DNA of 64,000 nucleotides from Nitrospirota bacterium (GTDB lineage Bacteria > Nitrospirota > Thermodesulfovibrionia > UBA6902): positions 13,875 through 77,874 of the forward strand of contig JACRHD010000067.1 of the NCBI GenBank assembly GCA_016234115.1, written 5' to 3'. Below the pieces are notes generated by a model. The model saw nothing but the letters and a program-made list of their open reading frames with translations. It searched no databases and had not been told where the DNA came from. Numbering within the stretch: position 1 is the stretch's first letter; each line of letters begins with the position of its first letter. Positions 46,679 to 58,010 of this stretch are shown here, one piece after another. Position numbers and translations under genes: made by a program.

Positions 46679-48838
46679 TTATGGATTGGCTACTGAAGAT
46701 ATTATGGTTGTCCTGTCCGGCGGTTGCTTAAGTTCGCTTTCAGACATTGCACGACTGTAAATTGCGACGTGGTCGATGGATCCGGAGAACTGCGATGTCA
46801 TATTCTGTTGATTGCCGATGATTACAGGGCTGGCGTAATCATTGAGTGACCCGCTCTGGGCCCTGCTTGCTATCCTTACGCCGTCAAAGTAGAGGACCTG
46901 CTCGATTCCATCGTATGTAAGCACGACATGATGCCATCCGCCCAGCTTGTCGCTCATAAATCCGGTTGTACTTGTGACAGGGGAACCATTGACATACGAC
47001 CATATCCTGTTTTCGCTTGCCGCGAAGCCAATAGCATAGGCCGAGGTGTTCGATTTGGAAATCAGTAATGGATAATTTGTCGAAATTCCGTAATCGGTTG
47101 TATTAAACCAGAGAGAAACGGTGAGTTTATCAAATCCGTCAAGATTAGTTGCCTCATTGACACTTATTGCTTGATTTGAAGCATTGAACCTATACGCCTG
47201 ACCTATTTTCCCGGATGTCAATGTCGCACCGCTGACTATTCCATTATTATTATATCCCGAGTCGTCCTTGGCATTCCCGCTGAAGGTGTAAAAAGCAACA
47301 AGACCACCATCCTCCGTCGAGGTTGCGGCGTTAATGGTAACAGAGATGGTCGCAGTGTTAGAGTCAGCCTTACTGTCGTTGGCCTTGAAGGTAAGTGAAT
47401 CGGATCCGATATAGTTATTATCCGGTGTATACGTCAGGTTAGGCGCAGTGCCGGAGAGTGAGCCATGTGTCGGATTTATCACTACGGAATAATTCAAATC
47501 ATCCCCATTCAGATCAGAAGCAGTCAGGGTTATTGGCAAGGGTGTGTTTGCAGAAGTCGAGACTGTCTGGTTATTGGCAACTGGCGGATTGTTGACCGGT
47601 TGAGAATTCACGGTTATGGATAAGGCTTTCGTGGCGGTTTCAGCGGGCGAAGATGAATCCTGCGCTTTGATCGTAAAGTTGTAGGTTCCTGTGGTTGTGG
47701 GAGTGCCGGAAATAGCGCTTGAGGTTAAACTTAATCCTCCGGGCAGAGTGCCTGAGATAATAGACAGTCCGGTAGGAGCAGTGCCGCCTGATGTTGAAAT
47801 TGTTTGGGAATAGGGGGTATCTAACGTTGCACTGGGCAACGAAGATGTGCTTATGGAAAGTGGCTGAGATCCTCCACCGATACGCGAAGTGCTAATAACA
47901 ACATCATCTATCGCATACCATTGTTCTTTTTTCTCTGAAGCAGGGGCGAAAGAGTTGTAAGCATTGTAACCTAATCCAACCACATTCCAACCGAGCCCCC
48001 CTGGACTGTCATTCCCCATCCATCTTATATCAGCGCGGCTATATTGAAGATTGTCATCAGCCCAAAACTCAATAACGCCATCAGCCACCCCTGGAGCAGA
48101 GTTCATTTTTACATGGAATTCCAAAGCATGCCACATGCCATCTCCCAACGAATTCGTATAGGTAGGATTACCCGTGTAGTTGAAACTGCTATCATAATTT
48201 ATTGAACAATAATAATTGTTTTCTTGTGGATCGCACCTATGACTATGAGAATGACGAAAACCGTATGGATTTTGTACAGAATCGAAAACATATAGCGGAG
48301 CAGAATAGCCGGTGTTAAAAGCCGTAAAAGGACTTCCTACTCTGTCCCAGTGACGAACATGTACCATTTTAATCATTGCATTATTGTCCTGTGTATAAAA
48401 CCATTGAAATCCAGGTTGAAATTTAACATAAACTCGAACGTAAATTTCGTTATAATCTCTGCCTAGATCTTTTGAAAAGCCACCTATTGCCCCCCAGCCA
48501 TCACCTGAACGACCATCATTCGATTCATTCCACATAGTAAAAGCCTTACCATGCTGTCCTCTAAAATTATCACTCGAGATTTGCATACTTGGATGAAACA
48601 TAAGCCCATCCGTATGTGGATGCCAGAGTTCATCACTGTTGTAATAATCCCACAAACCGGGGACCTGATTTTTACATGCTGAATTTAAACATGCCGCTAC
48701 TTCTGTTTGTGGGAACCAATCCGGATCATTATCAAAGTTGTCTTCAAAAATAATTTCACTCCAAGAATATGGTGGAAATACAACAAATGAGGACATCAGG
48801 AATAAAATAACAACTATCATTGTTTTCAATTTCCTCAT
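46679..48838 (-). CDS. Secreted multidomain protein: N-terminal jelly-roll-like catalytic/binding domain, Ig-like and cadherin-like repeats, C-terminal LamG/concanavalin-A-like lectin domain
   Basis: Signal peptide; 'GLSIISGTLPGGLSLTSSAISGTPTTTGTY' (putative-Ig type), 'NPPVANNQTV...DLNGDDLNYSVV...HGSLSG' cadherin-like, 'LVAFYTFSGNAKDDSGYNNNG...LSLWF...DHVAIY' LamG. Confidence 0.65.
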   Translation of the reverse strand: MRKLKTMIVVILFLMSSFVVFPPYSWSEIIFEDNFDNDPDWFPQTEVAACLNSACKNQVPGLWDYYNSDELWHPHTDGLMFHPSMQISSDNFRGQHGKAFTMWNESNDGRSGDGWGAIGGFSKDLGRDYNEIYVRVYVKFQPGFQWFYTQDNNAMIKMVHVRHWDRVGSPFTAFNTGYSAPLYVFDSVQNPYGFRHSHSHRCDPQENNYYCSINYDSSFNYTGNPTYTNSLGDGMWHALEFHVKMNSAPGVADGVIEFWADDNLQYSRADIRWMGNDSPGGLGWNVVGLGYNAYNSFAPASEKKEQWYAIDDVVISTSRIGGGSQPLSISTSSLPSATLDTPYSQTISTSGGTAPTGLSIISGTLPGGLSLTSSAISGTPTTTGTYNFTIKAQDSSSPAETATKALSITVNSQPVNNPPVANNQTVSTSANTPLPITLTASDLNGDDLNYSVVINPTHGSLSGTAPNLTYTPDNNYIGSDSLTFKANDSKADSNTATISVTINAATSTEDGGLVAFYTFSGNAKDDSGYNNNGIVSGATLTSGKIGQAYRFNASNQAISVNEATNLDGFDKLTVSLWFNTTDYGISTNYPLLISKSNTSAYAIGFAASENRIWSYVNGSPVTSTTGFMSDKLGGWHHVVLTYDGIEQVLYFDGVRIASRAQSGSLNDYASPVIIGNQQNMTSQFSGSIDHVAIYSRAMSESELKQPPDRTTIISSVANP

Positions 48839-48959
48839 AGAATACTCCTTTAAATTATCTTTATGTCTTTAATATTAACTTAAATAAAATAAGGCTCATA
48901 AATCCGTGAGGCACATCACTTTTGTCTAAAATAAGCGTTGTTATAGAAAATTAATTAGT

Positions 48960-49949
48960 TTAACTTTTCCAGCGAGCTATCTTTATCAACATACCTAACC
49001 CCCTCGCAAACAAATAGAGGAACCATATATAACAATAACCCGGAAAACATTTCTTATCTCTTCCAACTCGCTGTTTTAAAGTAATGATAACGGGTATAGC
49101 AATCAATAAAATTAACACCCACTTATTAAAATAAAATGAACTCAACACAAAAGAAAGCGTTACATATGCAATTAATAATAAATAAAACAAAGGAGTTACT
49201 ATGCTATACAATTCATTAACTTCAAACTTATGGGAGACAAAACTTTTCAAATTTGCTCTCCCCTGCCATAATTGTCTCCCAAAAAACTCCCATGACGTTT
49301 TCGCATTCCTCAGGTGATTTACTTTAATATCTTTATGTACAATTAATTTTCTCCCTGTCTGTGATATTCTGTATCCTAAGTCGGAATCTTCACACGTAAT
49401 CAGTTGTTCATTAAATCCACCTATATCCTCCATTGTTTCCTTCTTAATAACGAAGCAAAAACTCGAAATAGTCGAGACATAATTGATCTTAGTTTGATAT
49501 TTGGAGTTCAAGTAATTTATCCAATATTCTTCAATCCAACTTCGTTCTTTTTCTAATGCTATAATACCTCCAACAACCGTCACATTTCTCAAAGTCATTA
49601 GAGTAGTTATGGCTATATTAAGCCATTGAGGATCAGGGACACAATCTCCATCTAAAAAAGCTATTATCTCACCCCTCGCATGTCTTGCGCCGAAATTACG
49701 TACTGTTCCAATAGTACCTGTCTTCTTCTCCAAGACTATAACATCATTGAACCTACTTACTATTTCTCTTGTACTGTCAGTAGAATTATTATCTACAACG
49801 ATAACTTCATATTTCTCTTTTGAATAATCTAATTTTGTTACACTATGCAAACACGATTGTATATAATCCTCTTCGTTTCTAACAGGAATTATTATTGAGA
49901 CAAAAGGATACGCGTTCTTGTCAATTTTCGGCAACGATAGGGATACCAT
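48960..49949 (-). CDS. Glycosyltransferase family 2 with C-terminal TM helices
   Basis: 'VSIIIPVRNEE', 'VIVVDNNSTDST', 'LDGDCVP' (DXD) motifs; two C-terminal TM helices. Confidence 0.8.
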   Translation of the reverse strand: MVSLSLPKIDKNAYPFVSIIIPVRNEEDYIQSCLHSVTKLDYSKEKYEVIVVDNNSTDSTREIVSRFNDVIVLEKKTGTIGTVRNFGARHARGEIIAFLDGDCVPDPQWLNIAITTLMTLRNVTVVGGIIALEKERSWIEEYWINYLNSKYQTKINYVSTISSFCFVIKKETMEDIGGFNEQLITCEDSDLGYRISQTGRKLIVHKDIKVNHLRNAKTSWEFFGRQLWQGRANLKSFVSHKFEVNELYSIVTPLFYLLLIAYVTLSFVLSSFYFNKWVLILLIAIPVIITLKQRVGRDKKCFPGYCYIWFLYLFARGLGMLIKIARWKS

Positions 49950-49963
49950 TCTAATCTGATCTA

Positions 49964-51265
49964 CTAAATTCCAATTTCCGAAATAAAGTCTACCTTCTTT
50001 TTACTATGTACACTCAAATCAATCCCTACCTCAATTACTAAGGTCAGGTCATTTTTAAAATATTTTTCAGCCTCTTTAATCAACAAGTTCTTCTCATTCT
50101 CATTTATATTCTGTTCAATACTAATAACTATTACGCCTTTATTACGTTGTATTGCTTGATAATTTAATATCAGTTTTTGTTCCATAGCCAAGTTCTTGAA
50201 TACGTAGTAGAGCGTTAAACTCGGATATTGATGCATTAAGCCGTATATTACTTTCCCGACTCGGCCCATTATTTCTTTGATTATGAAATGCTTCATTCCA
50301 CATTTACATTTCGTATCTTGATCAATTACAACATAATCACCTAATTTATACCTGATTATTGGAAATGATTTTGAAACCAAGTTTGTGACAATTATCTCAC
50401 TGTTTATTTCTTCAATAATCACGGTCTCCATGTTGATATGCATATTACCTTGTGGACATTCGAATGCGATAATCCCTGCTTCCGCAGCACCATATTCACT
50501 TATCATTTTCTTTCCGAATGCCTGTTGAACTTCTTCCTGATACTTATCGAATATTTTCTCAGAAGTCCCCTTGATCATTTCCAAATTAAACTGTGAGGTG
50601 TCAATATTGTTTTCATTGATCATTTTTGCTACCTCATAGATCGCTGAGGAGTATCCTTCTAAATATTTAGCCTTCTTTAATTTCCCAATAAATCTTTTAA
50701 GTTCAGAAGTGTTATAGGAAAAAATTCTAAATTGATTTTGCAAGTAATCCAATAAAGCAACCTTTGAACGCTTCTTAATAGAAAAATTATAGCCCCAAAA
50801 ATAGCCGTTTTTCTCCCACGGTCTTATGCCATGCCAGGAATATCCTCTGAAAACCGATGCTCTATGCCAGGCATCCCAGTCCTTGTTTCTATAAAATATT
50901 ATAGGCTTGCCTGTACTGCCAGAGGTTTCAGAATAAACTAGCTTTTCATGTAGATTAGAGATTTGGATCCTATTGATATTGTTTAATATATCTTCTTTTG
51001 TTAAAAAAGGAATTCTTTGCAGGTCATTAAGCGACGTTAAATCGTTGGGATGAAAACTATGCTTGTCAAATTTCTCTCTGTAATAGGTAGACTTGTTATA
51101 CGCATTGTCAACTAATTCTTTAAGTTTTTTTAGTTGATAATCTTTAATTATTTCAATTTCCTCAAACTGACTTTTTAGCAAAAAGTCATAATTGATGAAA
51201 ATCTGTTTATTAATTGACCAAATTCCAAATAGGTAGATATATTTTCGTATCATGCCGGATAACAT
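49964..51265 (-). CDS. Phenylacetate-CoA-ligase-family adenylate-forming enzyme (CapK-like)
   Basis: AMP-binding motif 'SETSGSTGKPI'; CapK-like size (433 aa) and position in a polysaccharide locus. Confidence 0.65.
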   Translation of the reverse strand: MLSGMIRKYIYLFGIWSINKQIFINYDFLLKSQFEEIEIIKDYQLKKLKELVDNAYNKSTYYREKFDKHSFHPNDLTSLNDLQRIPFLTKEDILNNINRIQISNLHEKLVYSETSGSTGKPIIFYRNKDWDAWHRASVFRGYSWHGIRPWEKNGYFWGYNFSIKKRSKVALLDYLQNQFRIFSYNTSELKRFIGKLKKAKYLEGYSSAIYEVAKMINENNIDTSQFNLEMIKGTSEKIFDKYQEEVQQAFGKKMISEYGAAEAGIIAFECPQGNMHINMETVIIEEINSEIIVTNLVSKSFPIIRYKLGDYVVIDQDTKCKCGMKHFIIKEIMGRVGKVIYGLMHQYPSLTLYYVFKNLAMEQKLILNYQAIQRNKGVIVISIEQNINENEKNLLIKEAEKYFKNDLTLVIEVGIDLSVHSKKKVDFISEIGI

Positions 51266-51332
51266 ATCGAGAGCCGTAGCTTATTGCAATAAATCATGAT
51301 CCATTTCCTTTTACAATTAAATATTCAGACTT

Positions 51333-52586
51333 CTAATTCTTTATTAAATATATCTCTTTCATTATCGCAGGAGTTATTAGAAACCAATAATAATATTCAA
51401 TCAGAGTTCCGGAATGAGCAAGTCCCGAAATCAGAAAACCAATAACAGACGCTTCAAGCATTGCTGACATATTGCAAACTTTTTTGTAACAATCATGCCC
51501 TCTAATATATTTTCTAATTTTATAAAGTTCCCAAAAAAAGAAAATAATAGCCAGCGAAAAAAATATAATACCAAAAAAGCCTCCCTCTACAAGTATCAGT
51601 ATGAATGTATTATGCGCGTCCATTACTATTTTATCATCGTTCAAGATTCTGCCCATATTAAATTTAAACTGCTGCATTCCAACACCGAACACCGGATTCT
51701 GTTTATACAATTCCCATGCTGCATCCCAGAAGACAAGTCTGCTCGAAGCAGATTCATCAACTTCCATCCCCTTATCAAACATACTATTAATTCTATCCAT
51801 ATAGCTTTCACCTTCAAGATCAGTGGTATACGCTGCAAAAAGGAAAACGGGAATGACAAGTATAGCCAACCAATATTTCTTGAAGCCATAATACCGTATA
51901 AAAAAATACGGCATCATCACTATCAACCCTACAAAAGCTGATCTTGAATGGGTAAAAACAATGTCTGCTATCAGTACGCCGGAAACAATAAAAGAACACA
52001 ATTTCACGATTTTTCTCTCAGATGATATCATATACAAAAAAAGTGGTAGCAGGAGAAGAAAAAGCATCGCTATACCATTAGATGAATTAGTGCTGCCGCC
52101 TCCCACAAGTTCGAGTCTGTCATTGCCAAGGAAATGCTGTTGAAAGGCCCATACTGCCAATAAACCGCCTCCTATCATATTGGCATAAAGAAATTTCATT
52201 AATTTCTCTTCCGTATCCGTCAGCATCGCAAGGAAAAAACAAAATAAAATAATTTTGGTAAATTCCATTGTCCAGAAGTAACCTTCCACAATATTCACAG
52301 CGCTGTCGTATGATACCCATAAAGAAATAACCAGAAGGAAAAGACTCTGGAGAATTGGCGATCTTAAGGCTTTGGTATTAAATCTTGAATTAATTACTGA
52401 AGAAATCACGATTAACATTGATACGACAAAGGGAATTTTCACACCTACCAGAAAACCGGAAGACAATGTTTCTGGTCTAAGGTAGTTGATCAGTATAAAT
52501 GTTATGACGCCTGCAAAAGGATTTCGCAAGGCAAGGATGGTCCCGACAACTACCAACAGCAGATAGAGTACGGCTTTTTGCGGCAT
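51333..52586 (-). CDS. O-antigen ligase/polymerase (Wzy_C-domain) family membrane protein
   Basis: About 10-12 TM helices with a large periplasmic loop and 'HSRSAFVGL' Wzy_C-like motif. Confidence 0.6.
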   Translation of the reverse strand: MPQKAVLYLLLVVVGTILALRNPFAGVITFILINYLRPETLSSGFLVGVKIPFVVSMLIVISSVINSRFNTKALRSPILQSLFLLVISLWVSYDSAVNIVEGYFWTMEFTKIILFCFFLAMLTDTEEKLMKFLYANMIGGGLLAVWAFQQHFLGNDRLELVGGGSTNSSNGIAMLFLLLLPLFLYMISSERKIVKLCSFIVSGVLIADIVFTHSRSAFVGLIVMMPYFFIRYYGFKKYWLAILVIPVFLFAAYTTDLEGESYMDRINSMFDKGMEVDESASSRLVFWDAAWELYKQNPVFGVGMQQFKFNMGRILNDDKIVMDAHNTFILILVEGGFFGIIFFSLAIIFFFWELYKIRKYIRGHDCYKKVCNMSAMLEASVIGFLISGLAHSGTLIEYYYWFLITPAIMKEIYLIKN

Positions 52587-52607
52587 ACTAAGTATCTCTG
52601 GAAACTT

Positions 52608-55325
52608 CTAAATACGATTTTGTATTTCCCATTTAATATTCCTTATCCTGTAGCTGATCCACCTGATTTCTTTTTTCATAGACGCATGCCGGAGAATTCT
52701 CCGAATATCTTGAATAGTTTTTTGAATCAAGACACTTTGTGATGCTTTTTCTGTGCAGGGTTTGCCGAAATTATACCCATGTTCCCAATCCTTTCCCTTT
52801 TGGATTGGAACCCGATCAAAGAATAACCTCATACCGCCAACAGACATTAAAATAGCCAACGGCCGGGTCAAGCTTTTTGTTTTTAGCGGTTCCAGGTAAT
52901 CCATTGAAGATCGGAAAAAGTAATCGGCCTTATCTAAAAAACGCGTCATCTCATCTTTGGGGCCGGAATACTTTGCAGCAAAGAGAAATACATTGCACTT
53001 TCTTATATCTTGAGCCGCTCGTGTTGCATAATTCGGGAAATCAAGCTGTTCCCGTCTGCTCAAAAAAGGGGATTCATAATCAGCCATCCATTTAGCATAA
53101 CGAATCAGGGTTTCCCTCGCGTAATGAAACATGTAATCATGTTCGTCTATTTCGTATTTCTTATCCAGATAGTTGCCTAAACTCTGCAAAAAAACCAGAT
53201 ACATCCATTTGGCATTTGGGTCTAAAAGGTCTCTCGACTGGACGTCATCTGCAGGATGAATACAGTTTCTGATTAACTTTTCAGCTTTCTCAAGGTAGTA
53301 CTTTTTCCTTGTTAATTCGTAAGCATCTAAAAGCACATTCAAAACATTTCCTGACGGCCTTCCCGGGCCGTCGAATCCATACGTAGAAGCTGACTTCCTC
53401 CCACTTAATTTTTGCTTAAGGTAAACAATACCTTGCTTGGCAAGTTTCTCAAGTTTCTCAATCATGCTTATATGCTCATCAACTCCAACCACCGTCCAGT
53501 CAGCAAGATCAAGGACTGCATCCTTCGCATCCCTGTTACCGGTCATGAGATAATAATAGAGAAGCCCTTTGGTATATATGTGGTCAAATCCCGGCCCACT
53601 GCCATAAGACTTTAGTCCCTTCTTGATTTTCGTTTGGATCGACATACATCGATGCGTTGCCGTAGCCGCATCAGCAAAATGATCGGTATGCCAGTGCATC
53701 CCTTTGTTAAACAATTCTCTGTCCTCATCGGTATGATAAATATCTATATCTATGACGTGGTCAGCAAGCTCTTTTGCCAATATGAACCATTCCGGTTTGC
53801 CGGTTCTGGCATAATGGTACAATGAGCTATAGATAACGTCATACTGATTATTATAATGAGAAACAAGAGGGGTATCCTCCTTAAAAGCAACCTGCTCATA
53901 CGTTTCATGATCCGCAAAAAGGTCACCAAAGTTTCTCCAGCCATATTCGTCGATAATTTCCCTTCTGTTGAAGAAATTGTTATCGCCGTTTATCGCAGTA
54001 TTAATTAGCATCTCGTAAAATCGTCTATTGCCGACAGAAGTCCCTCCTTGATACAGATAACTGAAGGCCTCTGTCGATGCATTATATTCCGGACTTGTTC
54101 CAGGTATAACAGGATGATATATCCAGTTCAGCCTTTGCTCATCTGGAGTAAAAGTTAAAAATATTGTATGTGTTTTCTGTTCCCCCCCTTGCAACTCAAA
54201 ATAGTCACTATATTGCCCCGGAAACATTCTGACCGTAAGCATATTCCCTTGAACTTCAATGGCGCTTGGAAAACTTTGCCAGAAATATTGCATAGCGACA
54301 GAAATCATCTTGCTTTCGTTCTCAAGCGAAACTACGGGATTAGCCCTATCCCCACTTTCTATGCTTTGGTTTGAATCTCCATATACCCTGTATCCCTTGA
54401 AGGAATTCATCACTTTTCCATTTCTATTTACGTGATTTGTGTTATTCCAATTATCTCCTCCGCTTGAGTCCTGATAGATTTCAATCCTGTCAGACGTTGA
54501 ACTACGAAAGGACTGTTCCGGCTGAGTTATCCATTTCGCAACAGGTTCATAATTTGACTGAAGAGCTATCTGCAATGATAAGTCCTTAAATAGAAAAGAG
54601 CCTTTATCACCCATATCCCAAAGCCCACCCAGATGCTGTGCAGCTTTAGTATTCCTAATTGTAAAAGCTAATCTTACAAGAGAACTGTTGGAATAAAAGG
54701 TAATTCTTGAATAGAATTCAATGCCCTTTGTCCCACCCTGTGCAATCAACTGCCCACATACGTTCAACGTAGCTCTGAGCGGCCTACTTGTTTCAACTGT
54801 TATATCTTTTATTTTGGGTATATACCCTCGACCCAAATCATCAATCAAATTAAGACCGCTGCAAGAGCTATCAATAATAGACTGATTGTCGATAATTACT
54901 TTTTCAAAAGGGGCGAATAAAGATTTATTAACATAAAAAATGCCTTTCCTGGTATCAATTATTATCGAATCATCAGTCTCATTAATTGATATAGACGACC
55001 CTATCAAATTCTCGCATTGGATCCTGTGCTGGAGTTCATATTTTACCCTGGAGTTTTTCCTAACCGCTGCAACGAAATCCAATAGAAGCCATTTTATGCT
55101 TCCATCAGGCCAAAGTGAAAGACTTTCAGTTTGAAATGGAATCCGATTGTCTCCCTGGTCTACTAATTCAAGACAGGAAGAATCAAAGAAATTACCCCTT
55201 GAAAACGGGATGCCGATCGAGACAGGTTCGCTGCTTCTGTCAATCCCAAAAGTTTCTTCAATAATAATCGGAACGGAAAACTTATTTGTCATATTTATTG
55301 CCCTCATCATTGTGAAACAGGTCAT
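52608..55325 (-). CDS. Large hypothetical protein (905 aa), possibly a polysaccharide-modifying enzyme
   Basis: Long uninterrupted ORF between flippase and Wzy-like genes; no signal peptide evident; no confident family match. Confidence 0.4.
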   Translation of the reverse strand: MTCFTMMRAINMTNKFSVPIIIEETFGIDRSSEPVSIGIPFSRGNFFDSSCLELVDQGDNRIPFQTESLSLWPDGSIKWLLLDFVAAVRKNSRVKYELQHRIQCENLIGSSISINETDDSIIIDTRKGIFYVNKSLFAPFEKVIIDNQSIIDSSCSGLNLIDDLGRGYIPKIKDITVETSRPLRATLNVCGQLIAQGGTKGIEFYSRITFYSNSSLVRLAFTIRNTKAAQHLGGLWDMGDKGSFLFKDLSLQIALQSNYEPVAKWITQPEQSFRSSTSDRIEIYQDSSGGDNWNNTNHVNRNGKVMNSFKGYRVYGDSNQSIESGDRANPVVSLENESKMISVAMQYFWQSFPSAIEVQGNMLTVRMFPGQYSDYFELQGGEQKTHTIFLTFTPDEQRLNWIYHPVIPGTSPEYNASTEAFSYLYQGGTSVGNRRFYEMLINTAINGDNNFFNRREIIDEYGWRNFGDLFADHETYEQVAFKEDTPLVSHYNNQYDVIYSSLYHYARTGKPEWFILAKELADHVIDIDIYHTDEDRELFNKGMHWHTDHFADAATATHRCMSIQTKIKKGLKSYGSGPGFDHIYTKGLLYYYLMTGNRDAKDAVLDLADWTVVGVDEHISMIEKLEKLAKQGIVYLKQKLSGRKSASTYGFDGPGRPSGNVLNVLLDAYELTRKKYYLEKAEKLIRNCIHPADDVQSRDLLDPNAKWMYLVFLQSLGNYLDKKYEIDEHDYMFHYARETLIRYAKWMADYESPFLSRREQLDFPNYATRAAQDIRKCNVFLFAAKYSGPKDEMTRFLDKADYFFRSSMDYLEPLKTKSLTRPLAILMSVGGMRLFFDRVPIQKGKDWEHGYNFGKPCTEKASQSVLIQKTIQDIRRILRHASMKKEIRWISYRIRNIKWEIQNRI

Positions 55326-55331
55326 AAGGAA

Positions 55332-56876
55332 TCATTTTAATATCCCTGCCATCTTCACCCTTAACAAACTTATATTATTAAAAAGGGTATTCCGTTCCTG
55401 CTTGTCAAGAGAAAATATACAGGACAGCCCTATGAAAATGGCAGCGCATGTCAATGCTTCACTCAACAGGAGAAAATAGCTTGTAGGATAGATGTACGTG
55501 AGGCATGCTTTAAGAATAATCAATAATAATACCGCAGGAATTATTACCTTCATATAGGTTTTTCTGACAAAGAGCCTTATCGACAATTTCAGGTTGCGAT
55601 TCGTATAGAATGGCACAAATATCCCATATAATACGATTTGAGGAATTGCCGTGCCCAGCGCAACCCCTATTAACCCAAATTTCCTTACAAGGATAATGCT
55701 TAACAGGAAATTGACAATAGCCGAGATTAAACTTGCATACGACAACTTCTTATGCTTCGAAAGACCAAACAGGACTGAATAGCTTATAAGTTGCGGCAGC
55801 TCAAATAATTGGGAAATTATGAGAATAATCAATACAGGCGCACTCGATGAGCTGTATTTGCTCCCCATCCATAAGGCAATGAACGGCTCGCCGAGCATCA
55901 TTATTCCCAGGCAAAAAAGAATAACAATAATAAGTGTATATTTTGTGCCGGAGATATATAATTTCCGGATTGTTTCATAATCACCGATCGCTTCGTATTC
56001 GCTTATGGCGGGGATAAAGACTCTCGTAAACGCCATGCAGAATTGTTTAAGATACTCTGTCAAACTCCATGCAATTGAAAAGTAAGTTATTGCTGCAGCC
56101 CCCATAAAATAGCCGATAACAAAAGATCCGGTATAATTTGTCAGTTGATTGGCTATCATGTTGATAAAAGTATAAGCGCTATAAGTAAAGATACTTCTGA
56201 GGCCGAATCTGCTGACTTTTTTCAGATCAAAATGTATAAAAGAATACTTCTTTCTCATAAATAAATAAGATATGAACAGCAATGAAAAACTACCTGCCAG
56301 AGCAATAATCCCCATAGATATAAGACCGTATCCCTGTGAGAGAAACAGATAAAACAAAATGGCCCTGCATATCCCGATGACAACTTGAGTCGTATTGATT
56401 ATGTCATACCTCTGTAACCCCTGGAATATCCCCCTGAAGGTACTGCTTATTATCAGGAAAGATACATTAACAGATGTAATAATTACGAGAAGCTTAATAA
56501 TATCTTTCAGGTTCTCTTCAACGGTTACAAGCCTTACAACAATAGCTGCTGTAACAGGACTTAGCAGTAGAATGAAGCCCGCAATAATTGCATATAAGAA
56601 TAAAGCCGAGTTAACGGATGAGAGCAGATTTTCCTTATCGGAGCTACTCTGGAATTTAGAGACATACCTTGTTAGAGCAGAGCCAATACCCATTTCCAAC
56701 AGACTCATATATCCGCTCAAGGCGGCTACTATAGACCATATACCGTATTTTGTGTCACCCAGTGTATGCACCAGAAATGGCGACAGGAAAAATGCTATCG
56801 CAATATTAATAATGTAGCCGCCCCAATTTGCAATGGCATTACTCAGGATTTTTGAAGAGGACTTATTGCTGTTCAT
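55332..56876 (-). CDS. wzx: Wzx-type oligosaccharide flippase (MOP superfamily polysaccharide biosynthesis protein)
   Basis: 514 aa, about 14 TM helices, typical Polysacc_synt layout. Confidence 0.75.
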   Translation of the reverse strand: MNSNKSSSKILSNAIANWGGYIINIAIAFFLSPFLVHTLGDTKYGIWSIVAALSGYMSLLEMGIGSALTRYVSKFQSSSDKENLLSSVNSALFLYAIIAGFILLLSPVTAAIVVRLVTVEENLKDIIKLLVIITSVNVSFLIISSTFRGIFQGLQRYDIINTTQVVIGICRAILFYLFLSQGYGLISMGIIALAGSFSLLFISYLFMRKKYSFIHFDLKKVSRFGLRSIFTYSAYTFINMIANQLTNYTGSFVIGYFMGAAAITYFSIAWSLTEYLKQFCMAFTRVFIPAISEYEAIGDYETIRKLYISGTKYTLIIVILFCLGIMMLGEPFIALWMGSKYSSSSAPVLIILIISQLFELPQLISYSVLFGLSKHKKLSYASLISAIVNFLLSIILVRKFGLIGVALGTAIPQIVLYGIFVPFYTNRNLKLSIRLFVRKTYMKVIIPAVLLLIILKACLTYIYPTSYFLLLSEALTCAAIFIGLSCIFSLDKQERNTLFNNISLLRVKMAGILK

Positions 56877-56881
56877 TATGA

Positions 56882-58009
56882 TTAGATTGAAGCAAATAAA
56901 TTATTGTAACATCTGTCATATTCTTTAATCATTCTTTCGAGAGAATATTTCTCCCTTGTCGACTGTCTGCATCTTTGCGACATGTCACGAAGCAGTGAAA
57001 TATCGTTCTTTAACGCTGAAAGCTTACTAAAGAGAATATCAGGCTGCTTTGGTCGAATCAAAAATCCGTTAATACCGTCATCTATCAATACCCTGTTCCC
57101 GCCTACGTCAGTTGCTATGACGGGTAACCCGGCAGCCATTGCCTCCACAATTGTATTCGAGAAGCCTTCGTAAAGTGATGTCTGAACATATATATCCATG
57201 ATTTGCAGAAATCTGCGAACGCTGCTCTGATATCCCGCGAAGATTATATTATTAGAAACTCGAGTTCCGGATACGGCTTTCTTCAGTAAAGAACGCTCCG
57301 AGCCGTCTCCGACAATTATCAATTTGGATTTAATGAATTTATCGGTAAACAATTCGAATGCTTGAATCAACGTTATATAATTCTTCACAGGATCAAGACG
57401 CCCCACTGACCCTATGACGAAATCATCCTCTTCAATGCCCAGTTCTCTCTTAGTTTCTTTAATATCCTCTCTATGGCTGAAATGCTCAATATTTACCCCA
57501 TTATGTATGATTTGCACCATATCCGAATTAACCCCAAATCGAGCGCATAACTCCTCTTTCATTGGTTCTGCCAGCGTAATAACTTTGTCGACAAGCATAA
57601 TTCCTATTTTCTCCGCATAATGCCTTCGCCTCTTGTAGGAAGAAAGTTCATCATAACTCTTCCCGTGAAAACCATAAATGATTTTTTTTGCATTCGCAAG
57701 CTTACTGCCCAATATACCTTCTATCAGGGTCGGCCAGCCTCTTAAATGAACAATTCTGATATTATGCTCCCTAAAAGCCTTCCTCAATTTAAATGGAATC
57801 GTTATGTCATTGCCTTCCTTCTTATTCAGGTCGACTATCGTATAATTCGGAACTCTTATTCTTTCTTCAAACTGCCTTTCTTTAGTCAGGCTGCAAATCA
57901 AATGGAAATATTTTTCTGTATTTAGGCCGTTAATAATGTTGACTATCCCATTTTCCATCCCACCATCTCCTAATGACGGAGTAACATGGGCAATATTTAT
58001 TTTCTTCAT
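56882..58009 (-). CDS. Glycosyltransferase family 4
   Basis: 'GGMENGIVNIINGL' N-domain and C-terminal 'EGFSNTIVEAMAAGLPVIATDVGG' GT4 (E-X7-E) motif; start set at 'MKKINIAHV'. Confidence 0.8.
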   Translation of the reverse strand: MKKINIAHVTPSLGDGGMENGIVNIINGLNTEKYFHLICSLTKERQFEERIRVPNYTIVDLNKKEGNDITIPFKLRKAFREHNIRIVHLRGWPTLIEGILGSKLANAKKIIYGFHGKSYDELSSYKRRRHYAEKIGIMLVDKVITLAEPMKEELCARFGVNSDMVQIIHNGVNIEHFSHREDIKETKRELGIEEDDFVIGSVGRLDPVKNYITLIQAFELFTDKFIKSKLIIVGDGSERSLLKKAVSGTRVSNNIIFAGYQSSVRRFLQIMDIYVQTSLYEGFSNTIVEAMAAGLPVIATDVGGNRVLIDDGINGFLIRPKQPDILFSKLSALKNDISLLRDMSQRCRQSTREKYSLERMIKEYDRCYNNLFASI

Positions 58010-58010
58010 A